This document shows positions 1-8,538 of a stretch of DNA of 20,602 bases, piece by piece. Each line of letters begins with the position of its first letter. The stretch's first letter is position 1. Source of the DNA: Candidatus Methylomirabilis sp. (GTDB lineage: Bacteria; Methylomirabilota; Methylomirabilia; Methylomirabilales; Methylomirabilaceae); assembly GCA_041498975.1 (NCBI GenBank), contig JBGQJI010000035.1:1-20602 (forward strand), written 5' to 3'. Both the position numbers and the translations under genes were made by a program. Below the pieces are notes generated by a model. The model was not told the origin of the DNA. It did not search any database and worked only from the letters and a program-made list of their open reading frames with translations.

Positions 1-278
1 CGTTGCCCCTGCTGCTGCTCTCCTTTCTTGTCCTCAACATCGTCACGATGCCGGCCCAGACGGCAGTCTCCCGCGCCTTCGAACGAGAAGCCGACCTCGA
101 ATCGCTCCGCCTCACGAACAGTCCCGATGTTTTCATCGCCTCAGAGGTCACACTTGCCCGGACGAATCTCGCAGACATCGAGCCCCCTAAGGCGATCGTC
201 TGGCTTCTCTACACCCATCCCCCAGTCCTTGAGCGGATCGCCATGGCCGAGGCGTACCGGGAAACGGAGCGGCGGTGA
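1..278 (+). CDS. M48 family (Ste24/HtpX-like) zinc metallopeptidase, C-terminal part only (truncated by window edge)
   Basis: SRAFEREAD (third zinc-ligand region) and the C-terminal YTHPPVLERI motif typical of M48 peptidases; stop overlaps the next start (GTGA). Confidence 0.85.
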   Translation, partial: LPLLLLSFLVLNIVTMPAQTAVSRAFEREADLESLRLTNSPDVFIASEVTLARTNLADIEPPKAIVWLLYTHPPVLERIAMAEAYRETERR

Positions 279-922
279 GGGGCGTGCTCGCCGCGGCTTT
301 CCTCCTGTGCGCGACGCGCGTCATCGCCACCGCGCAGGTTGCCACGCCCAGTCAGGAGACGCTCATCCGCCAGCTCCAGGAGGGAAACCCGGGGGACCGG
401 CGCCAAGCCGCGGGCACACTCGGCAACGCTGGCGACGCGACGGCGGTGCCGGCTCTGATCGACGCCCTAAAGGATGAGGACGAACCTGTCCGGTTCATCG
501 CAGAACGCAGCCTCTGGGCGATCTGGAGTCGGTCCGGTGATCCGAACACCGATGCGCTCCTACAGGAGGGGATTCACCTGCTGCAGAGTGATCGCCCGGA
601 TGAGGCGATCGTCAAGTTCGACGAAGTGCTGAAAGCTGCGCCACCATTCGCAGAGGGGTACAACCGGCGGGCCACAGCCTACTACCTGATGGGCCAGTAC
701 GAGAGATCGATCGCCGACTGCGAAGAGGCGCTGAAACGCAACCCGCTTCACTTCGGGGCGCTGACCGGACTCGGGTACAACTATTACCGATTGGGGAAAC
801 CCGAGAAGTCGATCCGGTATCTCGAACAGGCGCTCACCATCAATCCCAACAAACCCAAGGTCAGATCGGTATTGAATGACCTGATGCATGGCCTTCAGGA
901 AAAGGCCAGAGGTTCCATCTGA
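275..922 (+). CDS. Exported HEAT-repeat plus tetratricopeptide-repeat protein
   Basis: Hydrophobic N-terminal signal-like segment; PBS-HEAT repeat (RRQAAGTLG..AVPALIDALKDEDEPVR); several TPRs (AEGYNRRATAYYLMG, ALTGLGYNYYRLG, ALTINPN). Confidence 0.85.
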   Translation: MRGVLAAAFLLCATRVIATAQVATPSQETLIRQLQEGNPGDRRQAAGTLGNAGDATAVPALIDALKDEDEPVRFIAERSLWAIWSRSGDPNTDALLQEGIHLLQSDRPDEAIVKFDEVLKAAPPFAEGYNRRATAYYLMGQYERSIADCEEALKRNPLHFGALTGLGYNYYRLGKPEKSIRYLEQALTINPNKPKVRSVLNDLMHGLQEKARGSI

Positions 923-959
923 GTCTGCATTTATCCACGCCCCCTCCCGGCACGTTGGG

Positions 960-1045
960 CCTCGGCCCCACCGCGGGAGAGATTGAGTGAGGGGGATGAA
1001 GAGGCTCCAGTCGTGGACTCCCTCGCCCCCCCCTTGGGTGAGGGT
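960..1045. repeat. Two degenerate copies of a CCCTCNCCC...GGGAGAG...GTGAGGG short palindromic intergenic repeat
   Basis: 960-995 cctcggccccaccgcgggagagattgagtgaggggg and 1018-1045 ctccctcgcccccccttgggtgagggt, between the TPR gene and thrC. Confidence 0.55.
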
Positions 1046-1123
1046 AATTGGGACCAGTGGCAGACCTGCAATGACATTCACTGACGAAGCAGCGATACAG
1101 ATCGTGGGCGTTCTCGTGAAGGG

Positions 1124-2380
1124 GTGGCAGTGATGGGACAGATCAAATCGATCTTCTGCCCCAGGTGTGGCCGGGCCTGTGAGCCAGCGCGGTATCAGGA
1201 GAGTTGCGGGTCGTGCGGCAGCGTCCTCGAGGTGGCCATGGACCTTTCGGGACTCGGGCCAGGGGAGCGGGACGCGCTGCTGGCTGCTCCCCAACGCGGC
1301 CTCTTCAAGTGGTGGCCGTTTCTGCCGCTGGCCGATCGGGCCTGTGTCGTTTCGCTCGGCGAAGGCGACACCCCGCTCCTGCCTGCGGGGCGTCTCGGCC
1401 AGCGGCTCGGCTTGAGGCGTCTGCACCTGAAGAATGACACTGTCCTGCCGACCGGCTCCCTGAAGGATCGGAGCAATGCCATTGGCATTTCCAAGGCTGT
1501 CGAGCTGGGAGGCCCGTTGGTGGCCGTGGTCTCGACCGGGAATGCCGCCGCCTCGGTCTCGGCCTATGCCGCCGCGGGTGGGCTCCGATCCGTCATCATG
1601 TTGCCGGAACAGACTGCCCCCGGCAAGGTGGCGCAGGCCGCCGCCCATGGAGCCCAGATCGTGGCCGTCAAAGGCGACTTTGACCAGACGGCGAAGCTCT
1701 TCGCCGCCGCTGTCCGAGAGTTCGGATGGTACGCCTGTATGTCCAACAACCCATACCGGAACGAAGGGAAGAAGAGTTATGCCTACGAGCTGTGGGCGCA
1801 ACTCGGCGGGGAGGTGCCGCAGTGGCTCATCCATCCCACGGCAGGCGGCCTTGGCCTGATCGCCACCTGGAAAGGCTTTAACGAGTTGTACGCGCTCGGC
1901 TGGGTCGATCGGCTGCCCAGAATGGTGGCGGCACAAGCCGCGGCATGCGCGCCGATCGTCGAGGCCCACCGGAGCGGGTCCGAAGACGTTCAGCCGGTGT
2001 CGGCAAAAGAGACCATCGCCGAGAGCATCCGCGTCGGCTACCCCAAAAGTCTTGGTTGGCGCGCGCTCCGGGACATCCGGGCATCGGGAGGGATCGCGAT
2101 CGCGCTGGACGAGCCGGAGATCAGGGACGGTTGGGCGCTCCTGGCCCGGCATGCCGGGATCTACGCCGAGCCGGCCGGCGCGATTTCCCTGGCGGCCGCG
2201 GCGAGGCTCAGGCAGGAGGGAATGATCCGTCCAAACGACCTGACGGTCTGCATGATCACCGGCCACGGCCTGAAACAACCGGAAATTCGAGGACTCGCCA
2301 CACCCTTGCTGCCGCCCATCGAGCCGAACCTGGAGTCGCTCCGGAGGCGGCTGGACCACGAGCGCGTCGATGCCCGTTGA
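1124..2380 (+). CDS. thrC: Threonine synthase (PLP fold type II); alternative ATG start at 1133
   Basis: N-terminal CxxC...CxxC; SLGEGDTPL; PTGSLKDR (PLP lysine); STGNAAAS; NPYRNEGKK; EPAGA; ITGHGLK. Confidence 0.85.
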   Translation: MAVMGQIKSIFCPRCGRACEPARYQESCGSCGSVLEVAMDLSGLGPGERDALLAAPQRGLFKWWPFLPLADRACVVSLGEGDTPLLPAGRLGQRLGLRRLHLKNDTVLPTGSLKDRSNAIGISKAVELGGPLVAVVSTGNAAASVSAYAAAGGLRSVIMLPEQTAPGKVAQAAAHGAQIVAVKGDFDQTAKLFAAAVREFGWYACMSNNPYRNEGKKSYAYELWAQLGGEVPQWLIHPTAGGLGLIATWKGFNELYALGWVDRLPRMVAAQAAACAPIVEAHRSGSEDVQPVSAKETIAESIRVGYPKSLGWRALRDIRASGGIAIALDEPEIRDGWALLARHAGIYAEPAGAISLAAAARLRQEGMIRPNDLTVCMITGHGLKQPEIRGLATPLLPPIEPNLESLRRRLDHERVDAR

Positions 2381-3260
2381 ATCGCCCGGTCCTGTCATCC
2401 TGATCCACGGTGGCGCAGGGAGGGCGGTTCCAGAGCTGGCTGAGGTACGGAAGGCCGGCATCCGAGAGGCCGCTCTTTCTGGATGGAGGGTGCTCAGCGC
2501 GGGCGGCTCGGCAGTGGAGGCCGTCGAGCAGGCGGTCAGAGTGTTGGAGGATGATCCGTCCTTCAACGCCGGACGGGGCGCCTGCCTGAATCGGCATGGG
2601 GACATAGAACTCGACGCCTCTATCATGGACGGTCGGGATTTGGCGGCTGGCGCTATCGGCGCCGTGAAGCAGATCGCCAACCCCGTGACCCTCGCGCGGG
2701 CAGTGATGAAGGCGGGCCGGCATATCATGTTGGTGGGAGAAGGGGCACGGCGCTTCGCAGCGGAGGTCGGGATCAATGAATGTGCGCCCGACGCGCTGGT
2801 CACGGGGCGACAGCGTGGCCGCTGGGCCACCCGGCGAGAGGCTCAGGGCGAGGGTTGCGGCACGGTCGGCGCCGTGGCCCGCGACCGGGCGGGGCACCTG
2901 GCCGCAGCCACCTCGACCGGTGGCCTGCCATTCAAGGCGCCCGGCCGGGTGGGTGACTCGGCGCTGATCGGCTGCGGCACGTACGCCGACGACCAGCTCG
3001 GCGCGGCCTCCTGCACCGGCGATGGGGAGGCGATTATCCGGCTCGTCCTTGCACGAACTGCCCTCGAGTTCCTTCGGACGGGCGAGGAACCGATGGGGGC
3101 TGCGAGGCGGGCCGTCGAGCTGTTGACCACCCGGACCGGGGCCGATGCCGGCATCATTCTCCTCGATCCTCGTGGCCGCATCGGCTTTGCCAACAACACG
3201 GCGCAGATGCCCTGTGGCTATATCCGGAGCGATGACTCCGCGCTCGAGTTCTTTGACTGA
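2370..3260 (+). CDS. iaaA: Isoaspartyl peptidase / plant-type L-asparaginase (Ntn hydrolase)
   Basis: IHGGAG, LEDDPSFNAGRG, ELDASIMDG, GTVGAVA (Thr nucleophile), TSTGG, GRVGDS, TGDGE motifs. Confidence 0.92.
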   Translation: MPVESPGPVILIHGGAGRAVPELAEVRKAGIREAALSGWRVLSAGGSAVEAVEQAVRVLEDDPSFNAGRGACLNRHGDIELDASIMDGRDLAAGAIGAVKQIANPVTLARAVMKAGRHIMLVGEGARRFAAEVGINECAPDALVTGRQRGRWATRREAQGEGCGTVGAVARDRAGHLAAATSTGGLPFKAPGRVGDSALIGCGTYADDQLGAASCTGDGEAIIRLVLARTALEFLRTGEEPMGAARRAVELLTTRTGADAGIILLDPRGRIGFANNTAQMPCGYIRSDDSALEFFD

Positions 3261-3286
3261 GAGGCGCGGACACATAGAGGATCCCG

Positions 3287-4408
3287 ATGGCTGATCAGAA
3301 AGATGGAGGGCTGCTCGCCCGGTGGAGTGAGAACGCGCCTCGGGTCTCCATCGCGTTCTTCTATGGAACTCTCTTCCTTCTCCTCTACCTGACTTATCTG
3401 GTCCTGGTCCCCTTCGCCTCCCCGATTCTTTGGGCGGCCGTCCTGGTCGTGGTGTTTCACCCGATCTATCGCCGCCTCCTGCAGGCACTTGGTGGCAGGT
3501 CCGGGCTGACAGCCTTCCTGCTGACGACGGCAGTGATCCTCGCCGTCATGGTGCCTGCCATCCTTTTCGGATGGGTGCTCTCGCGCGAGGCTGCTAGCTT
3601 CTATCAAGCGGCGCAGGGGTTCTATCGACAGCAGGGGCTCGAGGGAATCGTCGCGCATCCGGCGGTGACAGCCGTTCGGGCCTTCTGGAAACGTGCAACC
3701 CTTCCCTTTCAGCGCTTCGGCTTCGACCTCGACGGGTTGATGCTCTCCGGTGTCAACGCCGTGAGCAGCTTCATCGTGGGCAATCTGAAGGACGTCGCCC
3801 TGAACGTTTTGAGTTTCTCCGTCAACATGCTTCTCACCACCTTTACCTTCTTTTTCCTGCTCAGGGACGGTGAGGCGATCGTCCGGAGCCTGCAAGCGCT
3901 CTTGCCGCTCGAACGAAAACACACCGAGGCGCTCTTCGCGCGCCTCTACGACGCCGTCTCGGCCGTCGTGCGTGGGACGATCGTGACGGCCCTGGCGCAG
4001 GGCGTCCTCGGTGGTTTGGGCTACTGGATCTTCAGCGTCCCGTTCCCGGTCTTTCTCGGGCTGGCCACCGCCGTCTGCTCGTTGCTGCCAGTTGGCGGGT
4101 CAGGCTTGATCTGGCTCCCCGCCGCCATGTATCTCTTCCTGAAGGGAAGCTGGATCCGCGGTCTCTTGCTGCTTGCCTGGTCGGCTGTGGTTGTCAGCAC
4201 TGCGGATAACGTCCTGAAACCGGCTCTCATCTCCGGCGGGACCAATCTCCCGACGCTTTTCCTGTTTTTCGGCATGCTTGGCGGCCTCCAGGTATTCGGC
4301 GTCTTAGGGTTCATCGTGGGCCCCATCCTTCTCGTGACGCTTGCCACCTTTCTCGAAATGTACGTGGAGCTGTCGTCGCAACGGCTCGATCGGCCGGGTG
4401 GCTCCTGA
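3287..4408 (+). CDS. AI-2E family (UPF0118/PerM) transporter
   Basis: 373 aa multi-TM protein with FFLLRDG, LLPVGGS, DNVLKP, GGLQVFGVLGFIVGP signatures. Confidence 0.92.
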   Translation: MADQKDGGLLARWSENAPRVSIAFFYGTLFLLLYLTYLVLVPFASPILWAAVLVVVFHPIYRRLLQALGGRSGLTAFLLTTAVILAVMVPAILFGWVLSREAASFYQAAQGFYRQQGLEGIVAHPAVTAVRAFWKRATLPFQRFGFDLDGLMLSGVNAVSSFIVGNLKDVALNVLSFSVNMLLTTFTFFFLLRDGEAIVRSLQALLPLERKHTEALFARLYDAVSAVVRGTIVTALAQGVLGGLGYWIFSVPFPVFLGLATAVCSLLPVGGSGLIWLPAAMYLFLKGSWIRGLLLLAWSAVVVSTADNVLKPALISGGTNLPTLFLFFGMLGGLQVFGVLGFIVGPILLVTLATFLEMYVELSSQRLDRPGGS

Positions 4409-4420
4409 GCGCCGCCAACG

Positions 4421-4448
4421 GTTCACAGTTCAGAGTTCATAGTTCGGA
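4421..4448. repeat. Heptamer tandem repeat GTTCRNA x4
   Basis: gttcaca gttcaga gttcata gttcgga directly after the AI-2E stop. Confidence 0.75.
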
Positions 4449-4734
4449 GCTGAGATGAGAAATGCCCTCAACCGTCAACGGGTGGTGCAGGACTTCCGGG
4501 CAGGGTCGGGGCTATTGGCGAGTGCCGCCTGCCGAATGGCTATTGGCATGCAGGCCGATCGGGGACAGACGTGTCCGTGGGCCTGCGAGAGCAGGCCGGC
4601 TGCGCTATGATGGTCTATAGATCAGTCTGCTATCGAAGAAGGATGAGGGATCTTAGAACCTCAGCAGGGCTGGAAACGTCAAGGCAGGCATCACTACCCT
4701 GAACCGACCCCGTGCGCGGGCATGATCCGGTTGG

Positions 4735-5064
4735 TTAGTAGCCGCGGTGACCACCACGGCCTCCGCCTCCACCTCCGCCTCCGCGAAATCCACCCGCACC
4801 GCCGCGACGAGGAGCTTGTTCTTTCGCCTCGTTGACTGTGAGCACCCGGCCACCGACCTCTCGCCCGTTCAAGGCTGTGATGGCCGATTGAGCATCGCTT
4901 TGGCTCCCCATCTCGACAAAGGCAAAGCCCCGGGGCCTTCCGGTGTCCCGATCAGTGATGATCTTCACATCGGAAACCTCGCGACCGCCCTCTTCGAAGA
5001 GGGCACGAAGCTGGGATGCGTCGGTGTCAAAAGGCAGATTACCTACATACACTCGTGTCCCCAT
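4735..5064 (-). CDS. RRM (RNP-1) RNA-binding protein with Gly-rich tail
   Basis: RNP2 VYVGNL, RNP1 RGFAFVEM, C-terminal RGG/poly-Gly; AAAGGAG RBS upstream. Confidence 0.96.
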   Translation of the reverse strand: MGTRVYVGNLPFDTDASQLRALFEEGGREVSDVKIITDRDTGRPRGFAFVEMGSQSDAQSAITALNGREVGGRVLTVNEAKEQAPRRGGAGGFRGGGGGGGGRGGHRGY

Positions 5065-5184
5065 GCGTGAGAAACTCCTTTCATCGGCCTGTGGCCGACG
5101 CCCGACGGGCGGTTCGATTGAGGCCAGTGGCCACGGCCCCGCCTGCCATGGCTGGCTTCATCCACCCGGAACTCCCCGGGGGAT

Positions 5185-5466
5185 TCAAAACTCTCGCTCC
5201 TGCCGGCGGACGGCGCGGGCTGCCTGACGGCGGAGTCTCCGCGCGGCCTCGCGGACCTTTCGGCGACGCTTCTCCCCTGGCTTCTCGTAGTGTGCCCTTC
5301 GCTTCAGTTCCTTCAAGATCCCGTCGCGCAGGACCAGCTTCTTGAAGAGACGGATGGCGGATTCGACACCCCGGCCGTCCACCTTCACTTCGAGTGGGCG
5401 GTGCCGAGTCCCGTTGTCAGACCTCGAGCCCCACCGCTGCTCTTCCATTCCACTGTCAGGAGTCAT
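5185..5466 (-). CDS. rpsU: 30S ribosomal protein S21 with N-terminal extension (start uncertain)
   Basis: ESAIRLFKK..GILKELKRRAHYEKPGEKRRRK S21 signature. Confidence 0.92.
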   Translation of the reverse strand: MTPDSGMEEQRWGSRSDNGTRHRPLEVKVDGRGVESAIRLFKKLVLRDGILKELKRRAHYEKPGEKRRRKVREAARRLRRQAARAVRRQEREF

Positions 5467-5515
5467 TGTCCCTCTGAGTCAAGGCGTCGCTTTACCAATG
5501 CCTATCCAGGGCCTC

Positions 5516-5555
5516 AGAAACAAAATACGCCGCGAGACCGTGGTCCTCGCGGCGT
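5516..5555 (-). terminator. Intrinsic terminator-like hairpin in the rpsU leader
   Basis: Perfect 10-bp stem acgccgcgag (5527-5536) / ctcgcggcgt (5546-5555), followed on the minus strand by ATTTTGTTTCT. Confidence 0.75.
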
Positions 5556-5600
5556 TTTCAGAAAACGTGGACGAAACCGTCAGAACCGGAGACCGAATAC

Positions 5601-5630
5601 ACTATACCCCTTTCATCCGAACAGTGTCAA
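5601..5630 (-). promoter_or_regulatory. Sigma70-type promoter for rpsU-RRM operon
   Basis: Minus strand TTGACA-N18-TATAGT. Confidence 0.75.
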
Positions 5631-5671
5631 GGATATTCAGCCGAAGCCATCGTTGAGACCTGAAACCGTCC

Positions 5672-5700
5672 TTGCACCCGCTCCGATCCTGGTGTATAAC
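5672..5700 (+). promoter_or_regulatory. Sigma70-type promoter for the hemQ-like gene (divergent from rpsU promoter)
   Basis: TTGCAC-N17-TATAAC. Confidence 0.6.
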
Positions 5701-5974
5701 AGGGATGCCGCGGAGCACGGAGAAAGACAGACCACGGCAAGCGATCGTCGTGGACGAAAGACCACACATTTGAAGGGTTGCCGGCATCTTCGCTCTCGGC
5801 CACAAGCCCAGCTCCTAACACCGAAATGGGGGCTGCTGGCCCCGGCAGCGCACGGGGCAAGACCGTCGGACTCTTGGCAAGCTTCATCAATCGGTCCACC
5901 GTCGCGGATCACGTTCCTGCCATTCCGGCTGGAGCGGCGCCTCGGGACGGTGTGTTCTCACGGAGGAGGAGAGC

Positions 5975-6670
5975 ATGGCGACTGCGCCAACCCGACAGTA
6001 CGTGAATTTCGCCTTCTACAGGATCGACCCGACCTGGCGACGCCTTCCGAAGGAGGAGCGGGAGGCGAGCAAGAAGGAGTTCAGCGCCGCGGTGGAGGAA
6101 TGGCGCGAACGGATGCTGCTGATCCCCTACTCCACCGTCGGGCTCCGACCGGATACCGACTTCATGCTCTGGCGGATCGGGGATTCGCTGGACCTGTTCC
6201 AGGGGATGACCCGGCAACTCAACGGGACCTCACTCGGCGCCTACCTGATGACGCCCTACTCGCTCGTTGCCATGACCAAGCGCTCGATCTATGTGGACAA
6301 GCACGTCCACCCAGGCCAAGAGGGCCGTCGGGCGCGAGTCGTCCCCGGCGAGTACCGCTACCTGTTCGTCTACCCATTCCTGAAGACGCGCGACTGGTAC
6401 CTGCTGCCGGTGGAGCGGCGCCAGGAGATGATGAACGTTCATATCGAGGTTGGCCACAAGTTTCCCTCGGTCAAACTCAACACCACCTACTCATTCGGTC
6501 TCGATGACCAGGAGTTCGTGGTGGCGTTTGAGAGCGACCAACCGGCGGACTTTGTGGACCTGGTCATGGCGCTCCGGGAGACCGAGGGAAGCCGCTTTAC
6601 CCTCCGGGACACCCCGATCTTCACCTGCGTTCGTAAGACCATCCACGAAGTCCTGGACGACCTGGGTTAA
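5975..6670 (+). CDS. Chlorite dismutase superfamily protein, probably coproheme decarboxylase (ChdC/HemQ-like)
   Basis: Two ferredoxin-like halves; YSTVGLRPDTDFMLW; YPFLK..W; proximal His in MMNVHIEVG; TTYSFGLDDQEFVVAFE; GGAGGAG RBS. Confidence 0.85.
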   Translation: MATAPTRQYVNFAFYRIDPTWRRLPKEEREASKKEFSAAVEEWRERMLLIPYSTVGLRPDTDFMLWRIGDSLDLFQGMTRQLNGTSLGAYLMTPYSLVAMTKRSIYVDKHVHPGQEGRRARVVPGEYRYLFVYPFLKTRDWYLLPVERRQEMMNVHIEVGHKFPSVKLNTTYSFGLDDQEFVVAFESDQPADFVDLVMALRETEGSRFTLRDTPIFTCVRKTIHEVLDDLG

Positions 6671-6773
6671 TTCCGTTCCGGCTAGTTGCACCGCGATGGT
6701 GAGGCTAGCGAAAGCGATAGTTCTTAGCAGCGCACCTGTCAGCGATTCGCCGCAACAAGCTGGAACGGCACTA
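6668..6773. mobile_element. 106-bp MITE-like element, copy A
   Basis: Terminal inverted repeats taattccgttccggctagttgc / gcaacaagctggaacggcacta (18/22); right end in CTAG context; related copy at 13869-13974. Confidence 0.65.
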
Positions 6774-6787
6774 GAAGGCGGGGATGC

Positions 6788-7627
6788 ATGGAGTCGCGGC
6801 TGATCCGGATCGGGCACAGTCCCGACCCGGATGATGCATTCATGTTTTATGCGCTGGCCAAGGAGAAACTCGACACCGGGAGGCTTCGCTTCCAGCATCT
6901 CCTCGAAGGGATCGAGACGCTGAACAATTGGGCGCTGCAAGGGAGGCTGGAGGTTACGGCGATCTCGGCCCACGCCTATGCGTACGTGGCCGACCGCTAC
7001 ATCCTGCTGCCACACGGCGCAAGCGTCGGCCGCAACTACGGGCCGATCCTCGTCGCAAAACGCCCGTTCGACCTCGCCGAGCTGGGCGGCAAGCGCATTG
7101 CCGTCCCTGGGAAACTCACCACTGCATTCCTCCTGTTGCGCCTCTGCCTGGATGGTTTTCACGCCGTTGAGGTCCCCTTCGATCGAATCTTCGATGCAGT
7201 GGAAGGGGGCGAGGCGGAAGCCGGCCTCGTCATCCACGAGGGGCAGCTCACCTACGGGGCCCGAGGTTTCCTGAAGCTGCTGGATCTGGGAGCCTGGTGG
7301 CATGAAAAGACCGGCCTGCCGCTGCCGCTTGGGGCCAACGCCATCCGTAAGGATCTGGGCGAGCCGCTGTGTCTGGAAGTCTCGCGTCTTCTTCGGGCCA
7401 GCATCGAGTATGGCCTGGCCAACCGGGAGGAGGCCCTTCTGTACGCGATGCAGTTCGGTCGCGGGATGGAACGGGCTCTGGCCGATCGATTCGTCGGGAT
7501 GTATGTGAACGAGGACACCCGCGTCTGGAGCCCTGAGAGCCGACGAGGCCTCCAGGAGCTGTTGAGTTTGGCCTGGGAGCGAACCCTGATCGCGAAACGG
7601 GTCTGTCCGGAGTTCCTCCCAGGCTGA
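6788..7627 (+). CDS. mqnD: 1,4-dihydroxy-6-naphthoate synthase-like protein (MqnA/MqnD family), futalosine menaquinone pathway
   Basis: GHSPDPDDAFMF, IETLN, S.G.NYGP, IAVPGKLTTA, GLVIHEGQLTY, DLGAWW..TGLPLPLG, MYVN motifs. Confidence 0.88.
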   Translation: MESRLIRIGHSPDPDDAFMFYALAKEKLDTGRLRFQHLLEGIETLNNWALQGRLEVTAISAHAYAYVADRYILLPHGASVGRNYGPILVAKRPFDLAELGGKRIAVPGKLTTAFLLLRLCLDGFHAVEVPFDRIFDAVEGGEAEAGLVIHEGQLTYGARGFLKLLDLGAWWHEKTGLPLPLGANAIRKDLGEPLCLEVSRLLRASIEYGLANREEALLYAMQFGRGMERALADRFVGMYVNEDTRVWSPESRRGLQELLSLAWERTLIAKRVCPEFLPG

Positions 7628-7898
7628 ATGGCCCGCCCGCCGTAACTCCGAATACGCACGACTCGATGCGAGATCGATCCCCAGCTCTCTCACGCGACGC
7701 CTCATCTTTCCCGATTGCCCGCCACAGGTTGATTCCGCCTTCCCGCTCAACCCCGCCATCACCCGATTGGCGCGTCCTGGCCGTCACGCCGGGTCGAAGC
7801 AGGCCTTCCTGGAATGACTCGCGTCCATCCCGTGAAGACCTGAACAGGGATCTCATGGAGCCCGGTGAGATGGGTGGAGGCAGGGTCGCCAGCAGCGT

Positions 7899-8537
7899 TT
7901 AGAGCAAGCCCTTGTCCTGAGCGTAGAGGGTCAATTCCAGCCGGCCGTCTACGTGGAGTTTTTCATAGATGTGATGCAGGTGAATCTTGACCGTGCCCTC
8001 GCTGATGAGCAACTTTCCGGCGATCTCTTTGTTATGCAGGCCGCTGGCCACCAATCGCACAATCTCCATCTCGCGCGACGTCAGGACCCCTGCGATCTGG
8101 CGCGCCCCGGCCTCCCGTTGGAGCAAGGTTTCCAGCGCGCGGGCGAAGGAGCGCTTCTCGAACCATTGTCCGCCGGCATGCACCTTGCGGACGCACTTCA
8201 CCAGGAGTTGCGGCGCCATTTCTTTCAGCACCACTCCGCTCACGCGCAGGCGGATGGCTTCCAGGGCCTCGTTTTCGTCGATGGCCGCCGTCAGGAGGAC
8301 CACGCGCGTTGCCAGCCTTTCCCTTTTCATCTCCCGGAGCACTGCCAGGCCACTCTTCCCCGGCATCCGTATATCGAGGACCAGGACGTCCGGGAGATAC
8401 TTGCGCACCGCTAGCAGGGTCTCCTCGCCGTCCCGACAACGCGCCAGGACCTTGAAGTCTTGCTCCAGGCGGAAGAGTTGCTCCAGCCCATCGAGGACGA
8501 TGGGATGATCGTCGGCCAACACCAGGCCAATGGGCAT
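7899..8537 (-). CDS. NarL/FixJ family response regulator (REC + LuxR HTH)
   Basis: ATG at 8537 immediately after the kinase stop; LADDHP, VLDIRMP, LK; LTSREMEI..GLHNKEIA..ISEGTVKIH..IYEKL. Confidence 0.95.
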   Translation of the reverse strand: MPIGLVLADDHPIVLDGLEQLFRLEQDFKVLARCRDGEETLLAVRKYLPDVLVLDIRMPGKSGLAVLREMKRERLATRVVLLTAAIDENEALEAIRLRVSGVVLKEMAPQLLVKCVRKVHAGGQWFEKRSFARALETLLQREAGARQIAGVLTSREMEIVRLVASGLHNKEIAGKLLISEGTVKIHLHHIYEKLHVDGRLELTLYAQDKGLL

Positions 8538-8538
8538 G

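Noticed and set aside
1124..2380. Cysteate synthase linked to comB (coenzyme M or sulfonate pathway)
   Set aside because: Genes are about 15 kb apart, no comA/comC/comDE in the window, and motifs fit ordinary ThrC
560..2830. 756-aa minus-strand ORF, and similar long antisense ORFs (2256-3488, 6491-7762)
   Set aside because: Antisense shadows of well-supported genes in GC-rich DNA; no motifs
5730..5850. c-di-GMP-I riboswitch or hammerhead ribozyme (GGCAA, GGACGAAA, CCTAA..ATGG)
   Set aside because: Elements are not in the required order and spacing; no CUGANGA core
5290..6507. 405-aa plus-strand ORF
   Set aside because: Overlaps rpsU antisense, two promoters and the hemQ-like gene out of frame; no recognisable domain
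7629..7650. tggcccgcccgccgtaactccg, resembling half of a GCTACGGCGGGC-type intergenic repeat
   Set aside because: Single degenerate half copy; cannot be supported from this window
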